Position numbers and translations under genes: made by a program. Shown piece by piece: positions 18,715 through 29,121 of a DNA stretch of 64,000 bases. Positions within the stretch are counted from its first letter, which is position 1, and every line of letters starts with the position of its first letter. The notes below the pieces were generated by a model that saw only the letters and a program-made list of their open reading frames with translations, was not told the DNA's origin and did not search any database. Source of the DNA: Vicinamibacterales bacterium (lineage in GTDB: Bacteria > Acidobacteriota > Vicinamibacteria > Vicinamibacterales > UBA8438); the NCBI GenBank assembly GCA_965262985.1, contig OZ253576.1, forward strand, positions 132,480-196,479, given 5' to 3'.

Positions 18715-19287
18715 TCAGCCGGGAAACCGCTCCAGCTTCTCCCGCCGTCCTTCGCGAAGCGGCGTCCGCGCAGTGTTCAGCACCATCCCCAGCAACGAGT
18801 AGTATCCCAGCAGTCCGACGGTGTCGATGACGCCCTGCTCGCCGAACAGCTCCACCCCACGCGCGTAGGTCGGGTCGCTGACGCGCCGGTTGTGCAGCAG
18901 CTCCTGGCAGAAGTCGTGGAGGGCCGCCTCGTCCTCGGCCATGTCGGGCGGCCGGCGTCCCTCGGCGACCGCGTCGATGATGGTGCTGGAGAGACCGACC
19001 GCCGTGGCGGCCGGCGCATGCACGTCCCACTCGAACTGCTGGCCCCAGTGGCGGGCGGTGATCAGGATCGCCAGTTCGCTCAATCGCCGCGGCAGCGCGC
19101 TGCGGAAGCGCAGATACTGGCCCACCACGTGCACCCTGCCGAGCAGTTCGGGGCTGCGGAGCAACGGGATGAAGGGGCCGTCGAATTCGGATGTGTTCCG
19201 CGTCAGCTTGAAGTCGGCTACCGCCGCGCGCTGCCGGGCCGTCATCTCGGCGTACGCTATCGGCGGCATTCGATCGGTGGGGGTCAT
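18715..19287 (-). CDS. Carboxymuconolactone decarboxylase family protein
   Basis: aggagg precedes ATG 19287. ELAILITARHWGQQFEWDVH is a CMD-domain pattern. Confidence 0.7.
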   Translation of the reverse strand: MTPTDRMPPIAYAEMTARQRAAVADFKLTRNTSEFDGPFIPLLRSPELLGRVHVVGQYLRFRSALPRRLSELAILITARHWGQQFEWDVHAPAATAVGLSSTIIDAVAEGRRPPDMAEDEAALHDFCQELLHNRRVSDPTYARGVELFGEQGVIDTVGLLGYYSLLGMVLNTARTPLREGRREKLERFPG

Positions 19288-19488
19288 GTCAGCTCCTCCT
19301 GCGCTCTCGGCGCCGTCGTCCGCAACAGGCCAATCGTATAATGCCAGCGGGCCGTCGCCTTCTTCAGCGTACGTCGCGGATGACGGCGGACGAGAGTCTG
19401 CGGCGCAGGCTCCTGGCAGCCCGTGGGAGCATCCCGCGGCGCACCCGCCGCGAACAATTCCGGTCGCGGACAACCGGAGCAGGCGCGC

Positions 19489-20277
19489 ATGTCAACACAG
19501 GAACTGTTCTGCCTCAGCGGCAAGGTGGCGCTGGTCACCGGCTCGTCAAAGGGCATTGGGCGCGTCATCGCCGAAACGTTCGCCGGCGCAGGCGCCAGCG
19601 TCGTTGTCTCGAGCCGTCGTCGCGAGAGTTGCCAGCCTGTTGCGGACGACATCTGCGCCGCCGGCGGCGAGGCGGTCGCGATTCCCTGTCACATGTCACA
19701 CCTGGACCAGGTGCGGGGGTTGGTCGACGCGGCGATGGCGCAGTTGGGGCGGGTCGACGTCCTCGTGTGCAACGCGGCGGTGAACCCGCACTTCGGGCCG
19801 ATGGCCACGGTCACGGAGGCGGCCTACGACAAGATCATGGCCACCAACGTGAAACACAACCTGTGGTTGTGCAATCTGGTGCTGCCACAGATGGCCGGCC
19901 GGAAGGACGGATCCATCATCATCGTCTCGAGCATCGGCGGGCTCAAGGGACACGACACGCTGGGTATCTACGCGATGTCGAAGGCGGCCGATTGTCAGTT
20001 GGCGCGCAATCTGGCGGTCGAGTGGGGGCGCAGCAACATTCGGGCGAACTGTATCGCGCCGGGGCTGGTGCGCACCGACTTCGCCCGCGCGCTGTGGGAC
20101 GACCCCGATCGTCTCCGGGAGGCGACGGCCACCTATCCGCTGGGACGAATCGGAGAACCGGAGGACATGGCCGGGGTGGCGCTGCTGCTGGCGTCGCCGG
20201 CCGGACGGTTCATCACCGGACAGGTGCTGGTCGTCGACGGCGGGGCGACGATCTCTTCCGGCCGATACAGCGAATGA
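19489..20277 (+). CDS. SDR family oxidoreductase
   Basis: TGSSKGIG, NAAV and YAMSKAA (YxxxK) are present. Confidence 0.9.
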   Translation: MSTQELFCLSGKVALVTGSSKGIGRVIAETFAGAGASVVVSSRRRESCQPVADDICAAGGEAVAIPCHMSHLDQVRGLVDAAMAQLGRVDVLVCNAAVNPHFGPMATVTEAAYDKIMATNVKHNLWLCNLVLPQMAGRKDGSIIIVSSIGGLKGHDTLGIYAMSKAADCQLARNLAVEWGRSNIRANCIAPGLVRTDFARALWDDPDRLREATATYPLGRIGEPEDMAGVALLLASPAGRFITGQVLVVDGGATISSGRYSE

Positions 20278-20337
20278 AACTCCGCGTCGCCGGAGACCGG
20301 AGTGATAGCATGCAGCGTAGCCATGAAGGAGGCAGCC

Positions 20338-21105
20338 ATGCGGACAGTGCGGGCATTCATCATCGCGGCGCTCGTCGTGTTGGCCGGTGCACCCGCAGTG
20401 CGAGCCCAGGTCGGTGAGACGTGGTATCGGGTTCAGATCGTGCAGGTGCGGCCTGAGAAGCTGAACGACTTCGTGGAGTTGTATCGGGACGAGATCAATC
20501 CGGCGCTGCAGAAAGGTGGCGTGCCGTGGCGCTCGGCGTGGCGGACGGGACAGTTCGGCAATACCTACGAGCGCCAGTTCATCACTCCGCTGGCGAGCTT
20601 CGCCGACCTGGACGGCGGAGGGCCGCTGGTCCGTGCGCTCGGGGCGAGAGACTACAACCGGGTACTCGACAAGCTGCGCGAATCGAGCATCGGGCGCCAG
20701 ACCTACGCCGTGCAGTACCGGCAGGACCTGAGCGTGGAATCTGACGACGTCAGCGGGTTGTCAATTGCCCGCGTAACCACTGTGCAGGTGGCGACCGGAC
20801 GCGGGGCCGACTTCGAAGCATTCCTGCGCGACAATGTCGAGACGTTTCGTAACGCGGGGGTCGTGTTCGGGGTGTATCAGCGCCAATTCGGTCCGGGGCC
20901 GGTGGTCTGGCAGATCGTCGAGAATCTGCGCACCTACGGAGACCTCGGTCGCGGCGGTATCCTGCGTGCGTTCGGCGCCGGTTCGAATCAGGCCGCGGTG
21001 TCGTTGAGCGAGGTGATCACCAGCGTCGAGCGTTTCGTGCTCGAGTACGACGCCGAACTGAGTTACACCGCCGCGATTGGCCTGACGAACCAGCAGGACA
21101 ACTAG
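20338..21105 (+). CDS. Hypothetical secreted protein
   Basis: gaaggagg precedes ATG 20338. The signal peptide is FIIAALVVLAGAPAVRAQ. Third-position GC looks coding. I recognise no family. Confidence 0.55.
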   Translation: MRTVRAFIIAALVVLAGAPAVRAQVGETWYRVQIVQVRPEKLNDFVELYRDEINPALQKGGVPWRSAWRTGQFGNTYERQFITPLASFADLDGGGPLVRALGARDYNRVLDKLRESSIGRQTYAVQYRQDLSVESDDVSGLSIARVTTVQVATGRGADFEAFLRDNVETFRNAGVVFGVYQRQFGPGPVVWQIVENLRTYGDLGRGGILRAFGAGSNQAAVSLSEVITSVERFVLEYDAELSYTAAIGLTNQQDN

Positions 21106-21116
21106 GTATACAGCGC

Positions 21117-21458
21117 ATGAACCTACAACTTTTTCTATTGCTGCACCTCACCTCCGTCATTCTGCTTGCCGGTGTCACGTTCGCGGCCTTCGCGGCGCCG
21201 GCCGCCGAGCACCGGCGCACGTTCCTCATGCGGTCGGGCGTGCTGAGCCTGCTGGTCTTCATGAGCGGCTTCGGGGTCATGGGGATGATGGGGCTCGGGT
21301 TCCCCGGCTGGGCGATGGTGAAGGTCGTCTGCTGGCTCGTGCTCTCCGGTCTCACCGGCATGGCGTTCCGGATGCGAGGGCAGATCCCGATGCTGGCGAC
21401 GATCGCCACCGTCGCCATCGTGCTTGCGGTGGCGATGGCGATCTACCGACCGTTCTGA
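21117..21458 (+). CDS. Small integral membrane protein (about 4 TM segments)
   Basis: The 113-aa sequence is strongly hydrophobic (LFLLLHLTSVILLAGVTF..., VVCWLVLSGLTGMAF, IATVAIVLAVAMAIY). The whole gene is overlapped antisense by the tail of ORF 21135..22787. Confidence 0.55.
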   Translation: MNLQLFLLLHLTSVILLAGVTFAAFAAPAAEHRRTFLMRSGVLSLLVFMSGFGVMGMMGLGFPGWAMVKVVCWLVLSGLTGMAFRMRGQIPMLATIATVAIVLAVAMAIYRPF

Positions 21459-22538
21459 TCCGGCCGCCGCGACCGCCGTGGCGCTCATCAACTCGACACC
21501 CTTTCTCGCCAGATCGCGCACCCGTTCGTCGTAGCCGGCGAAGCGCTGGTCCTGTGTCTGTCCCCGCAGATACCGGATGTAGATCTGCTGGACGATGACG
21601 GCAAGCTTGAAGACGCCGAAGACGTGGTACCAGGTGACGGCGTCGAGTTGCAGACCCGTCCTGCGCGCATAGCGCTCGACCACCTCGTCCCGCGTCGGGA
21701 ACCCGGCGTGGTCGGTCGGCATCCGCGACACGTAATGCCAGCGCGGGTCGTCCCCCGCCTCGTTCCAGAAGTTCAAGAGATAGCCGAGGTCCATCAGCGG
21801 ATCGCCGCGGGTGGTCATGTCCCAGTCGAGCACGGCGACCGGTGTGGCCGGGTCGCTGGCGCCGACCAGCAGGTTGTCCAGCTTGTAGTCGTTGTGCAGG
21901 AGCGCGGTGACCTGCGCCGCGGGCGCCGACGCCTGGAGCCATCCCAGTACACGGTCGATGTCCGCGACATCCGTGTGTTTTGCCGCGTGCCAGCGCCGCC
22001 CCCAGCCGTCGAGCTGTCGCTGTACGAAGCCGGCCGGCCGGCCCAGATCGTCCAGTCCGACCGCGGCCGGGTTCACCTGGTGAAGGTCGGCCAGCACGTC
22101 GACGATCATCTCTCCGATGCGGCGATTGCGTTCAGGATCGTCTTCCAACTCCGGCGGCAGTTCGCGGCGGATGACGATGCCCCGCCGTCGCTCCATGACG
22201 TGGAAATCGACGCCGAGCACGCCGGAGTCGGTACAGAGCGCGTAGCTCGCGGGCGCCAGCGGGAATGCCGCGCCCAGCCGCGCCAGCACGCGGTGTTCCC
22301 GCCGCATGTCGTGCGCGGACGGTGCGACCGGGCCCAGCGGCGGACGCCGCAGCACGTACTCGGTGTCGTCGAACTGCAGGAGGTAGGTCAGGTTGGCGTG
22401 ACCGCCGCCGAACTGCCGGATCGCCAGCGGGCCCGCCGCGTCAGGCAGATGCGCCCGCAGCCACGGTTCGAGCCGGGTCAGGTCGAGCTGCTCGTCAGCC
22501 CGGACGGCGATCACCTCGGAGTCGGCGGCGCGGGTCAC
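21135..22538 (-). CDS. Phosphotransferase (APH / ACAD10-11 kinase-like) family protein with an anomalous ~115-aa C-terminal extension
   Basis: GTG 22538 lies 6 nt after the thiolase stop. Present are GGGHANLTY, the Brenner-type HNDYKLDNLL and LDWDMTTRGDP. The recognisable domain ends near 21480, but no in-frame stop occurs until 21135. Confidence 0.75.
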   Translation of the reverse strand: MTRAADSEVIAVRADEQLDLTRLEPWLRAHLPDAAGPLAIRQFGGGHANLTYLLQFDDTEYVLRRPPLGPVAPSAHDMRREHRVLARLGAAFPLAPASYALCTDSGVLGVDFHVMERRRGIVIRRELPPELEDDPERNRRIGEMIVDVLADLHQVNPAAVGLDDLGRPAGFVQRQLDGWGRRWHAAKHTDVADIDRVLGWLQASAPAAQVTALLHNDYKLDNLLVGASDPATPVAVLDWDMTTRGDPLMDLGYLLNFWNEAGDDPRWHYVSRMPTDHAGFPTRDEVVERYARRTGLQLDAVTWYHVFGVFKLAVIVQQIYIRYLRGQTQDQRFAGYDERVRDLARKGVELMSATAVAAAGSERSVDRHRHRKHDGDGGDRRQHRDLPSHPERHAGETGEHEPADDLHHRPAGEPEPHHPHDPEAAHEDQQAQHARPHEERAPVLGGRRREGRERDTGKQNDGGEVQQ

Positions 22539-22543
22539 GGTGC

Positions 22544-23725
22544 TCAGGCGATCTCGAACAGACCGGCGGCCCCCATGCCGCCGCCGATGCACATCGTCAC
22601 GACGACATACCGGGCCCCCCGGCGTTTCCCTTCGATGAGCGCGTGGCCCACCAACCGTGCGCCGCTCATGCCGTAGGGGTGGCCGACCGAGATCGATCCT
22701 CCGTCGACGTTGAGTTGCTCCATCGGGAGGCCGAGACGATCGCGGCAGTACACCGTCTGGACGGCGAACGCCTCGTTGAGCTCCCACAGATCGATGTCGT
22801 CCACCGTCAGCCCATGCCGCGCGAGCAATTTGGGCACGGCGAATACCGGACCGATGCCCATCTCGTCAGGCTCGCACCCGGTGACCACCAATCCGCGGTA
22901 GACGCCGAGGGGGTCGAGCCCGCGCCGGGACGCCTGCGCGCCGTCCATGACGACGCACGCCGACGCGCCGTCCGACAACTGGCTCGCGTTACCGGCGGTG
23001 ATGCACTTGTCCTCGCCCATCACCGGTGTCAATCCGGACAGCCCCTCGAGTGTGGTGCCCGGACGGTTGCCTTCATCGCGGGTGAGGGTCACCTCTTCTT
23101 CCAGGGTCTCGCCGGTCTCCTTGTTCATGACCAGTTTGGTGGTGGTCAGCGGCACGATCTCGGCATCGAGCCGGCCCGCCTCCTGCGCGGCGGCGGTGCG
23201 TTGCTGGCTTGTGACGGCGTACTCGTCCTGCGCCTCCCGGGAGACGCCGTAGCGGGCGGCGACGATCTCGGCGGTGTCGATCATGCTCATCCACAAATCC
23301 GGTTTATGGCGCATGAGCCACTCTTCCGTGAAATGCTGCCGGTTGAGGGTGTTCTGGACGAGGCTGATCGACTCGACGCCGCCGGCGACCATGACCGGCA
23401 CGCGGTCGGTGAGCACCCGTTGCGCCGCGACGCTGATCGCCTGCAGCCCCGAGCTGCAGAACCGGTTGATCGTTGTCCCGGCGGTCGTGACCGGAAGCCC
23501 GGCCCGGATGGCGGACAGGCGCGCCACATTGTGCCCGGTGGCGCCTTCCGGCAACCCGCAACCGATCACCACGTCCTCGACCTCCGCCGGTTCGACACCG
23601 GCCCGTTCGACGGCGTGGGTGATCGCGTGCGCCGTCAGGACGGCGCCGTGGGTGTTGTTGAACGCGCCTCGAAACGCCTTGCCGATCGGGGTTCTGGCGG
23701 TAGAGACGATGACTGCGTCTGGCAT
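22544..23725 (-). CDS. Acetyl-CoA C-acyltransferase (thiolase)
   Basis: It starts [27 protein letters not shown] holds the active Cys. NEAFA and the C-terminal [11 protein letters not shown] are present. Confidence 0.92.
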   Translation of the reverse strand: MPDAVIVSTARTPIGKAFRGAFNNTHGAVLTAHAITHAVERAGVEPAEVEDVVIGCGLPEGATGHNVARLSAIRAGLPVTTAGTTINRFCSSGLQAISVAAQRVLTDRVPVMVAGGVESISLVQNTLNRQHFTEEWLMRHKPDLWMSMIDTAEIVAARYGVSREAQDEYAVTSQQRTAAAQEAGRLDAEIVPLTTTKLVMNKETGETLEEEVTLTRDEGNRPGTTLEGLSGLTPVMGEDKCITAGNASQLSDGASACVVMDGAQASRRGLDPLGVYRGLVVTGCEPDEMGIGPVFAVPKLLARHGLTVDDIDLWELNEAFAVQTVYCRDRLGLPMEQLNVDGGSISVGHPYGMSGARLVGHALIEGKRRGARYVVVTMCIGGGMGAAGLFEIA

Positions 23726-23762
23726 GGCTGAGGTTTCTCCCTGAAACACGTGGACGCCTATA

Positions 23763-23835
23763 CTAGCAGCCCGTGGTGAAACCCCGTCGCACCGGGAACT
23801 GGTCGTCACCCTGCCGCGCCCGGTCAGCGCAGGGC
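23763..23835 (+). mobile_element. MITE-like element, truncated L arm (subfamily of the 36978 copy)
   Basis: ctagcagcccgtggtgaaaccccgtcgcaccgggaactggtcgtcaccctgccgcgcccgg parallels 36978-37045. It lies in the divergent thiolase/MaoC intergenic region. Confidence 0.7.
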
Positions 23836-23904
23836 GGGAAGAGGGAAAATACCGGCAGCCGCGGCCGGCGTCTGTCGCCTGTTGTCAAGGGGGATACGAG
23901 ATAC

Positions 23905-24363
23905 ATGCGCGTGATCGATGGTCTGGACATGCTCGCCTCGCTGGCCGGCACGGAATTGGGAGCCAGCGAGTGGCTTGCCGTGACCCAGGAGATGATTGAC
24001 CGTTTCGCCGATGTGACCCTGGACCCGCAGTGGATTCACATCGACACCGAGCGGGCCGCCCGCGAGTCGCCCTACGGGACGACGATCGCCCACGGCTTTC
24101 TCACGTTGTCGCTGATTCCTCACTTCCGCCGGCAGATTGCCGAGCTGCGCGGCGTGTCCCGGGCAATCAACTACGGGGTGAACAAGGTGCGCTTCCCGAA
24201 CGCCGTGCGCGCCGGGGCGCGGGTCCGGGGTGTGCAGACCCTTCTCGCCGTGACCCGCGTGGCGCCCGGATCCATCCGGTTCAACAGCCGCTTCGTCGTC
24301 GAGATCGAGCGTGAGGCGAAGCCGGCCTGTGTCGCGGAGACCGTGACGATGGTGTTCGCATAG
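23905..24363 (+). CDS. MaoC-like (R)-specific enoyl-CoA hydratase / dehydratase
   Basis: The hot-dog fold motif DPQWIHIDTERA...TIAHGFLTLSL is present. Confidence 0.85.
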   Translation: MRVIDGLDMLASLAGTELGASEWLAVTQEMIDRFADVTLDPQWIHIDTERAARESPYGTTIAHGFLTLSLIPHFRRQIAELRGVSRAINYGVNKVRFPNAVRAGARVRGVQTLLAVTRVAPGSIRFNSRFVVEIEREAKPACVAETVTMVFA

Positions 24364-24375
24364 GCGGCCCTGGCG

Positions 24376-25584
24376 TCAGTCTTCGTACTTCTTCAGCTCG
24401 ACCCGCGCGACGGTGCGGCTGTGCACTTCGTCGGGGCCGTCCGCCAGCCGCAGGGTGCGGGCATGGGCCCAGGCGGCCGACAACCCGAAATCCTCGCAGA
24501 TGCCGGCGCCGCCATGGAGCTGAATGGCGCGGTCGATGACCCGTAGCGCCATGTTCGGCGCCACGACCTTGATCATGGCGATCTCGGCCCGCGCGACCTT
24601 GTTCCCCACGGTGTCCATCATGTGCGCCGCCTTCAGGGTCAGCAGCCGCGCCTGCTCGATCTCCATCCGCGAGTCGGCGATCTGCTGCATCACCACGCCC
24701 TGCTCGGCCAGCGTGCGGCCGAACGCCACGCGGGTTCTGGCGCGTGCGCACAGCGCCTCGAGCGCACGCTCGGCCAGCCCGATCAGACGCATGCAGTGGT
24801 GGATACGTCCGGGCCCCAGCCGCCCCTGGGCGATCTCGAACCCGCGTCCCTCACCGAGCAGCAGGTTGGCCGCCGGCACGCGGACGTCGTCGAACGTGAC
24901 CTCGAAATGCCCGTGCGGCGCGTGGTCGTAGCCGAACACCGTCAACGGACGCACCAGGGTGACACCCGGCGCGTCGGCCGGCACGAGAATCATCGACTGT
25001 TGCCGGTGCCTGGCCGCCGTGGGGTCCGTCTTGCCCATGAGGATGAAGATCTTGCAGCGGGTGTCACCGGCGCCTGACGCCCACCATTTGTGCGCGTTGA
25101 CCACGTAGTGGTCGCCGTCGCGTTCGATTCGCGCCTTGATGTTGGTGGCGTCCGACGAAGCGACCGCCGGCTCGGTCATCGCGTAGGCCGATCGGATACG
25201 ACCCTCGAGCAGCGGGATGAGCCATTTCTCCCGTTGGGCGTCGGACCCGTACCGCACCAGCGTCTCCATGTTGCCGGTGTCCGGCGCCGAGCAGTTGCAG
25301 GCTTCCGGTGCGATCGGCGACCGCCCCAGGATCTCGCACAGCGGCGCGTATTCGAGGTTGGTCAACCCGGCGCCGAGCTCGCTCTCCGGTAGAAACAGGT
25401 TCCACAGGCCGGCCGCCCGCGCGTGCGTCTTCAGCTCCTCCATGACCGGCGGCGATTCCCAGCGGTTCGATGCGGATGCGACCTGACTGGCGTATACCGC
25501 TTCGTTGGGGTAGATCACCGCGTCCATGAAGGACAGCAGGCGCTGTTCGAGGTCCGTGGTGCGTGCGGAATAGGCGAAATCCAT
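24376..25584 (-). CDS. Acyl-CoA dehydrogenase, ACAD10/ACAD11 C-terminal-domain type
   Basis: It starts [16 protein letters not shown] at ATG 25584. [45 protein letters not shown] and ADGPDEVH match the ACAD10/11-like subgroup as I remember it. Confidence 0.88.
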   Translation of the reverse strand: MDFAYSARTTDLEQRLLSFMDAVIYPNEAVYASQVASASNRWESPPVMEELKTHARAAGLWNLFLPESELGAGLTNLEYAPLCEILGRSPIAPEACNCSAPDTGNMETLVRYGSDAQREKWLIPLLEGRIRSAYAMTEPAVASSDATNIKARIERDGDHYVVNAHKWWASGAGDTRCKIFILMGKTDPTAARHRQQSMILVPADAPGVTLVRPLTVFGYDHAPHGHFEVTFDDVRVPAANLLLGEGRGFEIAQGRLGPGRIHHCMRLIGLAERALEALCARARTRVAFGRTLAEQGVVMQQIADSRMEIEQARLLTLKAAHMMDTVGNKVARAEIAMIKVVAPNMALRVIDRAIQLHGGAGICEDFGLSAAWAHARTLRLADGPDEVHSRTVARVELKKYED

Positions 25585-25658
25585 GTCTCGGTCCGGGTGG
25601 CTGGCGATCGCGCCGGTCGTCGGTGCGGCCGCCACAGTATAGTCCGACCGATCGCGCG

Positions 25659-25871
25659 TCACCGGGTCTGGTGAGGTTCGTGCCGTCGGCGGTCGGCGAC
25701 CGGCTCATCTTGGAAACGCCACCGCTTCGTCACGTGGAAAAGAGAATAGACAATGAAGAACAGCGCCAGTGCGATGACATCGAGAATGGGGACAATAGAC
25801 CGCGAATCTACGGACTTGTCGATGGCAGGGTCGAGCGCTGGTGCGCAAGGGTGACGCGACACTGTCGCCAT
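25659..25871 (-). CDS. Possible small single-TM membrane protein
   Basis: A 70-aa ORF lies in a locally lower-GC intergenic pocket, with the hydrophobic stretch [20 protein letters not shown]. There is no clear RBS. Confidence 0.3.
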   Translation of the reverse strand: MATVSRHPCAPALDPAIDKSVDSRSIVPILDVIALALFFIVYSLFHVTKRWRFQDEPVADRRRHEPHQTR

Positions 25872-25997
25872 GTGCGCAAGCTGCACGGCTCGACCCGCTG
25901 AAAAATGTTGCTGGACTTTTCATTCTGATCGGCGATACTTGAGAAGCAGCGGGTTGTACACAGGGCGCGGTCCAGCCGCGCGAAAGGGGAGAGTGTG

Positions 25998-27260
<1,263 letters not shown>

Positions 27261-27293
27261 TAGCCGCGTGCCGCAGGATTTGCGATAACAAGA

Positions 27294-27326
27294 ACGGCCG
27301 GGTCCCCAAGGGGCCCGGCCGTTTTT
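27294..27326. terminator. Bidirectional rho-independent terminator
   Basis: acggccgggtcccc-aa-ggggcccggccgt is followed by ttttt. It lies between the convergent stops at 27260 and 27360, and the reverse strand is followed by ttcttgtt. Confidence 0.75.
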
Positions 27327-27359
27327 CGTGGCGCGCCACCGCCCGGTCCCGAGCGATCG

Positions 27360-28916
27360 TTACCGGCGTGCGTCGATACGCCCCAGCAGTGCCTCTGCGC
27401 GGCTGGAGTAGTCGGGGTGCTCGGCAGCCTGCCGGGCGTACGCGGTCGCCTCGTCCAGCATCTGCGCATTGGAAAAGCCGAGCGCGGCGTTGTAGGCCGA
27501 GGTGGCGGCCTGCCGCCGGGTGTTCGCCAGTTGCGCCTCGCGACGCGGAATCAAGCGGGCGCGCCGGTCTTCCGCGATCGCGGGGTCTTCACGCAGACCC
27601 TCGAGTTCCGCCGCGCGCAGCCGCGCGAACGCGGCATAGCAGCCGTTCGCCCGGTCGAACGCCCGCCCGGTTTCCGGCCAGTCAGTCTGCAGGATGTACA
27701 TGCGCCCCAGGTGGAAGGCGGCGTCACACGCGTTGGCGTTCAGTTGCAGCGCGGTTTCGAGATCTTGCCGGGCGTCCTCCAGACGGTCCTCCTCGATCGC
27801 GATCTGACCCGACAGCGTCAAGACCGCCGCGTCCCTGTTGTAGCTCTTCGCCCGGTCGATGTCTTCACGGGCGAGCGCAATCGAATCCAGGCTGAATCGG
27901 TTCCAGGCGCGCCAGAAGTAGGCGTCCCCCATGTACCACGTGCCCAGTTCGATCATCCGGTCCAGCAGGGGAATTGCATCGGTAAACCGATCAAGATAGC
28001 TCAACGCCTTCGCCTTGCCCAGCAGCGTTTCGCGCTGGTCCGTCACCAGCCCCAGCGTGTGGTCGTAGAAGGGAACACTGGCTTCGTAGTCTTCGGCCTC
28101 GAGGGCGAGGTCCCCCAGCGACAGCGCGGGCGCGGGCCAGTCGGGCCACTCATTGTATGTTTCCTGAAAGTGGAACTCGGCCAGACCGGGGTCGCCGTCG
28201 CGCTGGGCCAGGCGGGCCAGGAAGAACTTCATCTCGGTGAAGCGCGGCTCGAAGGTCAGGACGGCCGACAGCTCCACCATCCCGCCGGTACAGAGCGCGT
28301 AGCGGTAGCGCACGAACAGGTCGCCGTCATGCGCGGACAGCAACTCGTCGAGTTCCGGATGTTCAGAGAGCCAGCGTTCGTTGCAGTTGAGCGTGAGATA
28401 CAGGTAGGCGGCCAGCGGGTTGGCGCCCACTTGCGGCTGCAGTATCGCGTTCCACGTGTCCCGCCACCTAAAGGCGACGGTGCGCTCGGCGGTGTTCGCA
28501 TCGAGGAGCAATTTCGGGACACCGACGCGCTGCCAGGCCGTCGTCCGGGCGATTTCGACATAGGTCGACCACTCGTCCGGCGCGGTGACGCGGCTTGCCA
28601 ACTCGGCGGCGCGGTCGAACGACCCGCCTGCGGGCAGCCCGAGTTCGCGTTCCCGCATGCCGATCAGCAGCGTCGTGCGAAACAGGCCTGCCGTGACGGC
28701 GGTCTGGTCCGCCGTCGTCTCGACGAGGTCTTCATGGAATGCGCGCGCCTCGAGCAGACAGCGGTAACAGCCCCGGGACTCCAGCGCGGCGGCGGCGGCG
28801 ATTTCGGCATCGCCAAGTGGCGGCAGCGTGGGCACTACCGGCGGCGGTGCGGCGGCGCAGGAGGACAGGACAAGCAGGGTCGCCAGCGCGAGGAGTGGCC
28901 GTTGGGCTGGGGTCAT
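27360..28916 (-). CDS. TPR-repeat lipoprotein
   Basis: ATG 28916 begins MTPAQRPLLALATLLVLSSC, a lipobox-like sequence. Multiple TPR-like helical repeats follow (AxxYxxRA, ALELNPN-type segments). Confidence 0.75.
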   Translation of the reverse strand: MTPAQRPLLALATLLVLSSCAAAPPPVVPTLPPLGDAEIAAAAALESRGCYRCLLEARAFHEDLVETTADQTAVTAGLFRTTLLIGMRERELGLPAGGSFDRAAELASRVTAPDEWSTYVEIARTTAWQRVGVPKLLLDANTAERTVAFRWRDTWNAILQPQVGANPLAAYLYLTLNCNERWLSEHPELDELLSAHDGDLFVRYRYALCTGGMVELSAVLTFEPRFTEMKFFLARLAQRDGDPGLAEFHFQETYNEWPDWPAPALSLGDLALEAEDYEASVPFYDHTLGLVTDQRETLLGKAKALSYLDRFTDAIPLLDRMIELGTWYMGDAYFWRAWNRFSLDSIALAREDIDRAKSYNRDAAVLTLSGQIAIEEDRLEDARQDLETALQLNANACDAAFHLGRMYILQTDWPETGRAFDRANGCYAAFARLRAAELEGLREDPAIAEDRRARLIPRREAQLANTRRQAATSAYNAALGFSNAQMLDEATAYARQAAEHPDYSSRAEALLGRIDARR

Positions 28917-29121
28917 CGGAGCAGTCCGTTCTGTTGTCAGACACGCTGTTAGACACCGCGAAGGTCCGAATGGCCGCGTCCGCGTTGGTCCCGCCAATCG
29001 GGCGGTGTCCGGCCGAACGGTATAATGAGCCGGACTTTCCCAAGGTTACGCCATTTCCAAGACAGACTGGCCCATCTTCGCGACCGCGCTCGCCACGCTG
29101 GCGCTGATCGCCGGACCGCTC

